Positions 1 to 9,171 of a stretch of 64,000 nt of DNA are shown in pieces (position 1 is the first letter of the stretch; every line of letters starts with the position of its first letter). A program made the position numbers and the translations under genes. The notes beneath the pieces were generated by a model that searched no databases, was not told where the DNA came from, and saw only the letters and a program-made list of their open reading frames with translations. This DNA is from an uncultured Bdellovibrio sp. (GTDB taxonomy: Bacteria; Bdellovibrionota; Bdellovibrionia; Bdellovibrionales; Bdellovibrionaceae), in the NCBI GenBank assembly GCA_963932905.1, contig CAWVRN010000010.1, forward strand, positions 32,001-96,000, given 5' to 3'.

Positions 1-156
1 AGGATTGATTTTATTTTCAGAGACCGCAGTCATGAATTTATTGAAATTAAAATTCGCGATCGTTTTTTGATGCTTCTGTTGATAAAACTGAAGAAACATG
101 ACGGACAAAATTACGATAAAAAACCAAAATGCGAGTACTTTTTGTGGAGGCTTCAT
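1..156 (-). CDS. ftsH: ATP-dependent zinc metalloprotease FtsH, N-terminal part (runs off window start)
   Basis: Manual translation MKPPQKVLAFWFFIVILSVMFLQFYQQKHQKTIANFNFNKFMTAVSENKINP gives TM1 plus the start of the periplasmic domain typical of FtsH. AAGGA SD lies upstream, and the gene is directly downstream of tilS (conserved synteny). Not in the ORF track. Confidence 0.75.
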   Translation of the reverse strand, partial: MKPPQKVLAFWFFIVILSVMFLQFYQQKHQKTIANFNFNKFMTAVSENKINP

Positions 157-317
157 CAGGATCCTTTCTGTGAAAGCTTGAAGTTCTTTTTCAAGCCCCA
201 TGCTTAAGAATAACATTTTTAAAAAACCGTGAGCAACAAAAGATGAAAAAAACTTCAACTTTTATGTTACTTCACGACTTTGAAGCCGGTCTTGCTTTTG
301 AACTGTATTAACGATTT

Positions 318-1277
318 TTACCCACGTAAGCTAATAACCAATTGCCCTGCGTTAACCAGACATTCAAACGTCTTAAACTTAATGTGATAACGATCGCTGT
401 CTTTGTCCAGCTGCCGAATGATTTCTTTTAACTGACTCGCTTTAATACTAGAAATGCCTTTTGAACTTACAAAATAAGCTAGGCAGCGCAGCTTTTCACT
501 TTCAGCTAATGATAGAAAATAGATGAAATCAATTGAGTTAGTTTTAAAGTCCCACGGGAACTCGGTGGCCTGCGGTTTAAGCTCAGATAGAGAGCTGATT
601 AATGACTTTGCAAGCCGCTTAACCGCGCCAGGTCTAGTTTTCTCGAGCCTAGGCAACCAATCGTTGCGTAGCCAATTTCTGAAGTATTTTGTGTCACGGT
701 TACTGGGGTCGTCCACAAACGGAATTCCTCGGCCCTGTCGATATACATCAATTGCCTCCCTTTTTTGATTAGAAAATGGGCGCCACAAGGTCAACTTTCT
801 GGTTTCTAAACGGGACCACTGAAAACTTTTACGTAAAGACGCAAAAGAACTGCCTCGAATCAATTTTATCAACTGGGTTTCTAACCAATCATCTAAATGA
901 TGAGCTAAACAAACAATATCTGTACCGTGTTGCTCTGCAGAGTTTTGCAAACAGGTTAACCGAAACGATCGATAGTCAGCCTCTGATTTCAAATCTGCTT
1001 CCGATTTGTAAATATCGCACTCTACCCCATTCTTTGCACAGTAGTCAGCCACCAAATTTTCGGCTTCATCGCGATGTACTTTATTATCATTGTCTCCATG
1101 ATGGCAATGAATCACAACTAACCTATCCGACGGAAAACACGCCTGCAGAGCCGATAGTAAGGCCATGCTATCACGGCCACCAGAAACACTGACTAAAATT
1201 TTGCCTTGGAACGAATTTGGATTCTTCTTTGTCCACGAATTAAAAACAACATGTTCTAAGTTATGTTTTGCTTTCAC
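318..1277 (-). CDS. tilS: tRNA(Ile)-lysidine synthetase
   Basis: PP-loop SGGRDS, AHHLDDxxET, DPSN...YFRNWLR motifs; short form without the long C-terminal domain. Confidence 0.92.
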   Translation of the reverse strand: MKAKHNLEHVVFNSWTKKNPNSFQGKILVSVSGGRDSMALLSALQACFPSDRLVVIHCHHGDNDNKVHRDEAENLVADYCAKNGVECDIYKSEADLKSEADYRSFRLTCLQNSAEQHGTDIVCLAHHLDDWLETQLIKLIRGSSFASLRKSFQWSRLETRKLTLWRPFSNQKREAIDVYRQGRGIPFVDDPSNRDTKYFRNWLRNDWLPRLEKTRPGAVKRLAKSLISSLSELKPQATEFPWDFKTNSIDFIYFLSLAESEKLRCLAYFVSSKGISSIKASQLKEIIRQLDKDSDRYHIKFKTFECLVNAGQLVISLRG

Positions 1278-2665
1278 TTAATTCCTAATGATTGCGTATT
1301 ACAAAATTCACGAATACCAAATTCACCGGATTCGCGACCATAACCAGAATCTTTTGCACCACCAAATGGCACGCGAGCATCTGATTTTAGAATTTCGTTT
1401 ACGGATATCATACCTACATCAAATTTTAAATGTAGTTTTTCTTTTTTAAATTTCTCGGCATCCCCCACCCAAACCGCACCTAAACCATACGGACTATCGT
1501 TCACTAGCGACCATAGTTCTTCATCAGCACCATAGGTCGTCACCATTCCTACCGGGGAGAAAATTTCTTGAGTTTGAAAAAAACGATAAACTTCAGACCC
1601 TTTATCGTTCATTCCTTTTTCTAACAAGAAAAACAATGGCGATACGAAATAGCCTTTATCGGCAGATAGCGATAAAGATTCCGTCTGCAGACTGGCTATC
1701 GATTTTAAAAATTGAACATGATTTTTATAGTCATCAAAAAAACGCCGATGGGCCAGTGGCCCTAGATTTGTTTTTTTATCTAACGGACTGCCGACAACGT
1801 ATTCATTGATTTCCATCTGAACCGCATTCATAAAATCAGTTTCTTTGCCTCGAGGAACAAAAAAGCGCTTGGACGCAATACAACTTTGTCCATTGTTCAG
1901 CAGCCGACCACTGACGGCTAGTTTTGCAGCTTTGCGAATATCTGCCGTCGTATCCACAACGAACGAATCGTTACCCCCCAGTTCCAACACCGATTTTTTT
2001 AAATACTTACCACAGAGTTCCCCAATACGACGTCCGACTTTAGAACTACCGGTGAACGTCACGGCACGAACAGACTTATGGGCAAAGATGAATTCAGATT
2101 GGTCAGAGTTTAGAATGATGGTTTGAAGCAAGGTAGGCCCTTGAGTTTGCTCTGCTAATTTCTCTAAAAATAGACCCACTTCTGTGGTGATTTCGGAGTG
2201 TTTAAACAAAATGACGTTACCTGCCAGCCAAGCACCGACGGCAAAACGGAAAAACTGCCACGCGGGATAGTTCCACGGCATCACCGAAAATACAACACCC
2301 ATCGGCGCAAAATTCACGCGAGTGTCTGGGTAGTGAGCGTCCACTGATTTTTCTTTAACCAACTCCGGGCCGTTCTTAATATAGTATTCAAACTGCGTAA
2401 TGCATTTTTCAATTTCTAGTTTGGATTCTACCAACGGTTTACCCATCGTTTCAGTGACGATGGCTGACAATTCAGGAATACTGCTCTTTAAATTATTTTT
2501 ATAGGATTCCAACCATATTATTCTTTGGTCAATTGACATTCTTTTCCAAATATCAAAAGACGAACTCAATTTTTCAATTTTACGAACGATGTCCCGTTCC
2601 GACATGTAGGTGTAGGTATTTATTTTCTCTTCAGTTGCTGGGTTCCAAGTATCAAAATGATTCAT
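1274..2665 (-). CDS. NAD(P)-dependent aldehyde dehydrogenase, succinate-semialdehyde dehydrogenase (Sad/GabD)-like
   Basis: MPWNYP, FTGS, LELGG (catalytic Glu), GQSCIA (catalytic Cys), PFGGxKxSGYGRE. Confidence 0.88.
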   Translation of the reverse strand: MNHFDTWNPATEEKINTYTYMSERDIVRKIEKLSSSFDIWKRMSIDQRIIWLESYKNNLKSSIPELSAIVTETMGKPLVESKLEIEKCITQFEYYIKNGPELVKEKSVDAHYPDTRVNFAPMGVVFSVMPWNYPAWQFFRFAVGAWLAGNVILFKHSEITTEVGLFLEKLAEQTQGPTLLQTIILNSDQSEFIFAHKSVRAVTFTGSSKVGRRIGELCGKYLKKSVLELGGNDSFVVDTTADIRKAAKLAVSGRLLNNGQSCIASKRFFVPRGKETDFMNAVQMEINEYVVGSPLDKKTNLGPLAHRRFFDDYKNHVQFLKSIASLQTESLSLSADKGYFVSPLFFLLEKGMNDKGSEVYRFFQTQEIFSPVGMVTTYGADEELWSLVNDSPYGLGAVWVGDAEKFKKEKLHLKFDVGMISVNEILKSDARVPFGGAKDSGYGRESGEFGIREFCNTQSLGIK

Positions 2666-2693
2666 GGAAAAATTGTATACCTAAATCCTAAAC

Positions 2694-2721
2694 CTTGACA
2701 GGAAAAATATCAAACTCATGT
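2694..2721 (+). promoter_or_regulatory. Possible heat-shock (sigma32-like) promoter of hsp20
   Basis: CTTGACA...ACTCATGT upstream of hsp20 partly matches CTTGAA-N13/15-CCCCATNT. Confidence 0.35.
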
Positions 2722-2781
2722 TTGCTATGAAACAAAGGAGAATTAGAGATAATTCTCTATGACAAACGAAAGGAGATCGTT

Positions 2782-3288
2782 ATGAGTCTAATTAGACGCA
2801 GCTATTTAAGCCCAACTGTCAATTCAAACTGGAATATCTGGCGCGAATTTGACGATATGATGAGAAACTTTGGCCGGGATTACGATGTGGAAACCACAAC
2901 ACCGGGGAAGACGTTTTCTCCTCAAGCCGAATTAAAAGAAAATGAAAAAGGATATCTGCTAAGTTTCGACGTTCCAGGTATCACAGAACAAGATATTAAA
3001 ATCGACTTTCATGATTCTGTGCTACGCATTTATGGCGAACGCAAATCTGAACACAAAGATGAAAAAGATGGAACTTTTCATACAGAAAAATATTATGGAC
3101 ATTTCGAAAGATCATTTAGATTACCGGAAACTATTGATGACGCCAACATAGAGGCAAATTATAACAACGGTGTATTGCAAGTGTTTCTACCTAAAACACC
3201 AGCAAAAGAATCTAAAAAGATTGAAATTAGAAAAGGTGAAAATACAAACTTTAGCTCGGTGACTGCAAAGACACCGGATTCTCACTAA
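2782..3288 (+). CDS. Hsp20/alpha-crystallin small heat-shock protein
   Basis: DVPG..DIKI, GERK, ExxYGxFERSFxLP, AxYxNGVL motifs; AAAGGAG SD. Confidence 0.93.
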   Translation: MSLIRRSYLSPTVNSNWNIWREFDDMMRNFGRDYDVETTTPGKTFSPQAELKENEKGYLLSFDVPGITEQDIKIDFHDSVLRIYGERKSEHKDEKDGTFHTEKYYGHFERSFRLPETIDDANIEANYNNGVLQVFLPKTPAKESKKIEIRKGENTNFSSVTAKTPDSH

Positions 3289-3304
3289 CCCCTTCACAGA
3301 CCCG

Positions 3305-3387
3305 GGCGTAGCTGTTGTGGCTACGCCTCCCCCCTCTTGGAGCGACTCGGCCAATTCTGGCCTACTAAAAAAGAGTCGCTCTTTTTT
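3305..3387. terminator. Double hairpin / likely bidirectional terminator between convergent hsp20 and the lipoprotein operon
   Basis: GGCGTAGC/GCTACGCC stem (3305-3327), then GAGCGACTC/GAGTCGCTC stem (3340-3381) followed by a T-tract. Confidence 0.6.
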
Positions 3388-5338
3388 ATTCGATAACAGA
3401 ATATATTTTATTAACATCAGGTGTGATCATTCGAATTTTTGACTGATCTAAAACAAATATAATTTTTTGATTTGGATCATAAAAGGCGTCTTTTAATCTC
3501 AGCGAACAGGCTGAATTTGTAACTCCATTCGCACAGTAACCAGATCCCCAGCTATTATTTCCAGCCAGCGTTTCCCACGTTGCTGAAGTGAAGTTATACT
3601 TTTTAAATTCACTAGAAAACCCGCTCTTGGCAAACACGTCTTTGCCATTTGGGCTTTCTAAAATAAAATTGCCACCAACTGCGAAATTTGAAATTTGCAG
3701 ACCAGATTGAGCCGACCCTGTTCTATCAAAACCCAATATTTGCGGATTTGCGCACGTCTGAACCGAAGCCACCGGCAAGGTGATTTCGCAGACTCGTAAA
3801 TAGATATTAAGAATGTCTTGGTAGCTCTCGTCAAAGGTGATGGCCGCAGAACCCGCACTGATTAAATCTTTTCCAGAATGGCTAGCAATGTCGTATACAT
3901 TTTTAGTACTTAGATACAACGTCTGGATTTTTTTTGATTCAGTGGATTTATAAATCCGCAACTTATAGCGGGTTGCGCTGACAGTATTTAAAGCCGCTTC
4001 AGGGTCGCTCGATTGAAAAATAAGCCAGCCATTAGGCAAACTTTGAAAAGTTCCATAAAAAACCAAATTATCAGAGTAATCAATTTTAAGATCCACAGCC
4101 GATTCTATAGAATCTTCGGTGCTGGCCCCACCACCAATCACTGTTGATAATACCGGAGACGCATCATTAAAATCTACTTTTCTGATCACTAGTTCAGAAC
4201 TTGCCGTCGCTTTTCTATCTAGAATCCACAAAACGCCAGAACTTGACCAAGTCATCCGAAGGGGTTCAACAACCTTGGCTATGCTACCCACTGCACCGTC
4301 AACACCGCTTGCTGCGATACCTATCCAAATGGAATTGCACGGTTCACCCGAACACATATTCACCATATCAATTTTTCGAATTCCTTTTATCCGGTCACGA
4401 ATCAAAATACTTGAGTTTGGCAAATAAACAATGGCTCCTGGATCAATCGATTGCGAGTTACCTTGAAATCCCGTGTAGCCATAACCTGTAGACGAGTTTT
4501 GAATTGTCAGACCCAACCATTTAGAAGTGTCTCCTGACGATGACGCTTTATAAAACGCATCCGATGACGTTGGGATCGTTACCGCCGTCTGCGTGATCGA
4601 TATTTTATCTGTCGCTGCCGTATCGGTATTAACCCGCTGATTACCAGCACGATCTTTCAATTGCAAATATACATCTTGAGTCGAATTCAACATCCCTGCG
4701 AAAAAAGTCAGAGTCGAACTCGTCACATGAGATTTTTTTCTCCAGCAGTCGTCGTCCTCATCAATCGCCGCGCTACTTGAATTTAGACAATAACCACCAA
4801 TACCAGACAAATCATCGGTATCGCCAGATACGGATAAATTCTTGAAAAACGTGAAAGGCGTGACTGGCAAACTGCTATTGAGGGTTAATCCACCGGTCGT
4901 TAGTGTTGGCAAAACACCATCAATCGTAAACGGTGACGTCGATTCGATTTGTTTCGTAGCTGGAATTTTTCCATAAGTCGTAATTCTAATTTTAAAATCA
5001 CTTCCTGAAATCCCTACCGGGATATTCCAATTTACAGATGTCAACTGATCCGAACTTGACAGCACCTTAGCTTGAATCAAATTCCAAGTCGCTTCAGAGT
5101 CGCGTTTGTATTCGATGACATTCTCGTTAACACCCATAACATCATCAAATACCTTGAAATTGATTTTATACGTCGAATCAGCTCGATACGCATCACCGCC
5201 CTTGAAGTTATAAAGGGTTATATCGGGACGATACGATAAACCGGTTCCATTGGGCTTGTCGACCTTTGGATCAGTAACGTTGCTAGAACAACCAACCAGA
5301 ACCAATGTAAGAAGGAAGGATAAAACTACAAACTTCAT
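3386..5338 (-). CDS. Lipoprotein with Ig-like domains and NHL-type beta-propeller (paralog of 5335-9171)
   Basis: Lipobox LVLVG-C-SS. N-terminus (C-SSxVTDP, NFKGG) and CxxGxxxxxC..DAF motif are shared with the upstream gene. NHL-like blades such as LWILDR...IRKVD...STVIGGG. Confidence 0.6.
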   Translation of the reverse strand: MKFVVLSFLLTLVLVGCSSNVTDPKVDKPNGTGLSYRPDITLYNFKGGDAYRADSTYKINFKVFDDVMGVNENVIEYKRDSEATWNLIQAKVLSSSDQLTSVNWNIPVGISGSDFKIRITTYGKIPATKQIESTSPFTIDGVLPTLTTGGLTLNSSLPVTPFTFFKNLSVSGDTDDLSGIGGYCLNSSSAAIDEDDDCWRKKSHVTSSTLTFFAGMLNSTQDVYLQLKDRAGNQRVNTDTAATDKISITQTAVTIPTSSDAFYKASSSGDTSKWLGLTIQNSSTGYGYTGFQGNSQSIDPGAIVYLPNSSILIRDRIKGIRKIDMVNMCSGEPCNSIWIGIAASGVDGAVGSIAKVVEPLRMTWSSSGVLWILDRKATASSELVIRKVDFNDASPVLSTVIGGGASTEDSIESAVDLKIDYSDNLVFYGTFQSLPNGWLIFQSSDPEAALNTVSATRYKLRIYKSTESKKIQTLYLSTKNVYDIASHSGKDLISAGSAAITFDESYQDILNIYLRVCEITLPVASVQTCANPQILGFDRTGSAQSGLQISNFAVGGNFILESPNGKDVFAKSGFSSEFKKYNFTSATWETLAGNNSWGSGYCANGVTNSACSLRLKDAFYDPNQKIIFVLDQSKIRMITPDVNKIYSVIE

Positions 5339-8300
5339 AATTTTATCTCACCAACACCCATTAAACCATCATAGTTAACCGGGAAATACAGTTTCTTTTC
5401 AGAATCCGAGTATTCCATCGAAACGCCCGCGCACTGATAACCAATTGGCAATTTAATTTTTACGCTACTTACATTGGTGGCTTTCGATCCATCACCTGTG
5501 TGACTTGTCATTGTGTTATCAAATGTATATTTATATAACTCACCATTTGCGAAGCAAATATAGCCTGTGAAACTTGGCGATTGCGCGGACTTATAGATAA
5601 AATGGTGACTTCGTACCAATGTTGGTAAACCACTGATCAGTGTTCCTACTTTGCCTCCACCTGTTACCTGATTGGATCCATTTCTGACTAACGAGATATA
5701 TCGAATCCGTGTTTCATTTAGCCAGGATTCACTGGCGTAAGAAATGATATAGCCGGTTCCATTGAAATCCAGGTACTGCGCCTTAGCCGAACTTCGCGGA
5801 AATGCACTTGTTCCCGCGACAGCGGTTCCATCAGCTGGCCATGTGAATTTCAGCCCTGTCCACCAATCCGTCATAGTGATATTTCGCACCAGAGGGCCAC
5901 CATCAACACTCGTTCGCGTTAACTTCATGCCGCCTTGGCGATCATATTGGTACCAGGTCCATGTTGAAAATAAAACAAACGGATTCGAAGCACCTTCAAT
6001 AGGCAAAATGCCTTGAATTTCATAGGACCTATCAATTGTTTCACACATCGCCGGCGACGTCGCAGTCGCCTCACATGCATTTGAGTTCAATTCATAAATA
6101 CGCTTCGTTGGGTTCGTTGCCGGACTTCCCAGGATGACTTCCCAATAATCCTTGTTCGCTCCTGTGGTTCGATTCAAACGTGCAAAAACTCTTGAACCAG
6201 CGCGTGCATAGATATTACCTACTGAATCCGCATACACACCAGAGTTAAAATTAAGATTTGTCTCGGTCGCTGTGGCATTGGAAATTAAGCTTCCATTATA
6301 AGTCGGAGCAACCGTTTTATAGACATTCCCGGCAATTCTATTGATTTTGAATTTTAATGGATCATCCGGATCCATTGAAAATTCACGAACCAGGCTTTCC
6401 CCCTGATCATGCACTATAAGTTTCGTATCAGAACTATGCAAGCTGACCGAACGAATATTGTTAAACCGAGCCGACAAACTATCACCCAGTAACGGCTCGG
6501 AAGCATCATAATCACCTTGTGACTTTGAAATCCCAAACAAGGTCACTACGATCGAATCTCTGTAACTTGACGTTTTCCTCACCAACACACGCAATCGATC
6601 ACGGTCGAAAAAATATATATTATCATTCTCGTCAATAAATGCGTCTTGGATATCCACGGCACATTCTAAGGCTCTAGTCCCATCTTCACATTGTCCGGTT
6701 CCGCCAGTTCCTAATATACGCTCAAACTTATTTGTTGAACCCATATATTTAAACAGACCCGCCATGTTCCGGTTCATGCTATAGAGCTCTCCGCGACGGG
6801 ATGTAATTAATCGAATCGCATCGCCATTCCAATTTTCCGGAATGTATTGAGTTCCCTCGCCCACACTACTGCCGGACTTTGGAGAATAGTTAGCCGATAT
6901 ATAGAAATCACGACAAAGCGAAGAGTAGAACGGACATCCACGAGTGTGAATATTCAGTAGTTTATTTGTTTGATAGTTAAATGAAATTTGCGGATTAACC
7001 AAAGGAGCTAACGATTCGAAAGTTTGGTTTATGTATAATGTACCAAATCCTTTTGACGTATCCCCAGAAAATTTGTAATTTAACGAGCCTGCACCTTTAA
7101 ATGGAATCAAACGAATTTCTGCCGCTTTAGACGAAGTCGCGGCCGAGTAATAAGCATACCACGACGGACCAGCACCTCGATTAGCCTGTTTAATATAATT
7201 TCCACGACCAAAACCTAATTCACGACTATGAAATCCTTCCAGGAAAAAATCGCCATTAGGAAGCGGTGTAATCGTGGGTTTTTTCCCAAACTGACAACCC
7301 GGAGCTGCCGTGAAATCCATTTTTAAATTCTTAAATTCATCTTCGTAGAAAATATTTTCTTTTTTAATTTTATAGTTAGTATCCGATTGACGATCATAGT
7401 TTTGCTTGTCGATATTGTTTAAAAGCAAATTGCCCGCAGAATTCACTTTGTAAAAAGCATTTTCTAACACAAAATCAGATTCAATGAATTTAGTAGGGTC
7501 TTGAGAGTAACCGACGTATGGTCCATAAGCCGGGCTCGCTCGCAAATCGTTATTATGCGCACGCATGCAACCACGTATCGGAAAAAAGTTTATTCCCGTA
7601 CTCTCTGGACCACCGCCAAGCAGTGTGTATATTTTTCCGTCGGTATCAATTCGACGAATTCGATCTTTCTCGATAATTAAAAGACGATCTTGATAGTCAA
7701 TCGTCATAGTATAAATACCCTGAGTGGTCGCGCCCGCAACCATGCCGCCATCGCCACTTGAGGCCGTGTTGGCGTCTTTCTTTAAATAGACTGAAACTGA
7801 TCCATCATCTGGATTTAATAATAGGATGCCTTTGCGAGCGTCATTGATATACGCACGACTTTTAGTATCGATAACAAAACTAGCTTCACTAGAGGGTTTG
7901 AAGCCCGCCGAGTTGGCAGAACCGCCCAATCCCAAATCCAAGTTGCCGGCGATCAGACGGAACTTTCCACCATTCAAAGGAGGTGATACCGAAGTTGAAA
8001 CCATACCCAATGCCGATGTCGCTTTGATCCTTACTTGGAAATCGGCCGTCGATGTATAGGAGAACTGTTTACAGAAATCATATCCAGATTTTGGTGAACA
8101 CGTCATCGATGAAATCGGCGATCCATATGTATTACCACCATCTAAAGAAATAGTTAATTCAACTGCTGTTGGAACGTCGTCTGTTTTATATTGAACGTAG
8201 ACAACAGAACCACCACCCGTAAAATCTTGCTCCGTACTGGAAGGCGGAACTTCGGGATTACTTGTATTTGCAAAAAGAACTTTTTGGAACTGAATCGCCT

Positions 8301-9171
8301 TAGCTGGACTGTATGTATATTCTTTCTTATCAACACCGGCTTCACCTAAACCTGATCTTAATACCGAAATGTTACCCGCTTGATCCTTTGCCCAAATACG
8401 GAATACATAATCGCCGGGCAAAAACCCAAGCACGTAAGGAATATTTTCTAAGTTGATGACTTTGGATGCCGCCACACTAAATTCGGATACTTTTTTCCAA
8501 CACGCATCTGTTTCCGTAGGGATAACAGATTCCTGCGATGTTTTATTTAAATTTTTCGCACAAATGAATGCGATAGGTGATGTTGCGTCCGTAAAACCAA
8601 CATTGTAATAAAAATAGCTTTTTCTAATTGGCTGATTGTTATTCAACACCAATGAAGTATCCTTAACTATCGGAACGTCGTTATCTAAGGTGAATGGTGA
8701 ATCCGATTGCGTCGATTTTTCTTCACCCGATGAATTATTAATCGTTACGCGCAGAAGGAACTTATCGCCGCCGCTAATTTCTGGCACACGCCAAATATAG
8801 CTAACAGCATAGCCACTGAGAGCCGGAATTCTATAAGCGCCAGGGACTTGTTTCCACGAAGCACCTAAGTCGTCGGAATACTCTACACGACTAGAAAATA
8901 AACCATAATCGTTTTGATTTTCTGGTTTTAAAATCCAACGAATTTCTTGATCACTACCAGACCTAACGAATTCACCGCCTTTAAAATTAAGCAGGCTTAA
9001 CCCTGGCGGAGCCAAGTCTTCTTCGCTTGGAAGTATAGTCTCACCAAAATAGTCATCACCTAGGAGTCCTGTTGATAGCTGTGGGTCTGTAACTGACGAT
9101 GAGCATCCGGCTAAGAACAATACTAAAGAAATTAAGTTCGCGATGATAAAATGATTAGATAGGAATTTCAC
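5335..9171 (-). CDS. Large lipoprotein with Ig-like domains and NHL (teneurin-like) beta-propeller repeats; putative adhesin
   Basis: Lipobox FLAG-C-SS; GDGG..A..., DRIRRIDxDGKIYTLLGGG and ARFNNIRSV NHL-like blades; GTG start overlaps the upstream TAG. Confidence 0.6.
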   Translation of the reverse strand: MKFLSNHFIIANLISLVLFLAGCSSSVTDPQLSTGLLGDDYFGETILPSEEDLAPPGLSLLNFKGGEFVRSGSDQEIRWILKPENQNDYGLFSSRVEYSDDLGASWKQVPGAYRIPALSGYAVSYIWRVPEISGGDKFLLRVTINNSSGEEKSTQSDSPFTLDNDVPIVKDTSLVLNNNQPIRKSYFYYNVGFTDATSPIAFICAKNLNKTSQESVIPTETDACWKKVSEFSVAASKVINLENIPYVLGFLPGDYVFRIWAKDQAGNISVLRSGLGEAGVDKKEYTYSPAKAIQFQKVLFANTSNPEVPPSSTEQDFTGGGSVVYVQYKTDDVPTAVELTISLDGGNTYGSPISSMTCSPKSGYDFCKQFSYTSTADFQVRIKATSALGMVSTSVSPPLNGGKFRLIAGNLDLGLGGSANSAGFKPSSEASFVIDTKSRAYINDARKGILLLNPDDGSVSVYLKKDANTASSGDGGMVAGATTQGIYTMTIDYQDRLLIIEKDRIRRIDTDGKIYTLLGGGPESTGINFFPIRGCMRAHNNDLRASPAYGPYVGYSQDPTKFIESDFVLENAFYKVNSAGNLLLNNIDKQNYDRQSDTNYKIKKENIFYEDEFKNLKMDFTAAPGCQFGKKPTITPLPNGDFFLEGFHSRELGFGRGNYIKQANRGAGPSWYAYYSAATSSKAAEIRLIPFKGAGSLNYKFSGDTSKGFGTLYINQTFESLAPLVNPQISFNYQTNKLLNIHTRGCPFYSSLCRDFYISANYSPKSGSSVGEGTQYIPENWNGDAIRLITSRRGELYSMNRNMAGLFKYMGSTNKFERILGTGGTGQCEDGTRALECAVDIQDAFIDENDNIYFFDRDRLRVLVRKTSSYRDSIVVTLFGISKSQGDYDASEPLLGDSLSARFNNIRSVSLHSSDTKLIVHDQGESLVREFSMDPDDPLKFKINRIAGNVYKTVAPTYNGSLISNATATETNLNFNSGVYADSVGNIYARAGSRVFARLNRTTGANKDYWEVILGSPATNPTKRIYELNSNACEATATSPAMCETIDRSYEIQGILPIEGASNPFVLFSTWTWYQYDRQGGMKLTRTSVDGGPLVRNITMTDWWTGLKFTWPADGTAVAGTSAFPRSSAKAQYLDFNGTGYIISYASESWLNETRIRYISLVRNGSNQVTGGGKVGTLISGLPTLVRSHHFIYKSAQSPSFTGYICFANGELYKYTFDNTMTSHTGDGSKATNVSSVKIKLPIGYQCAGVSMEYSDSEKKLYFPVNYDGLMGVGEIKL

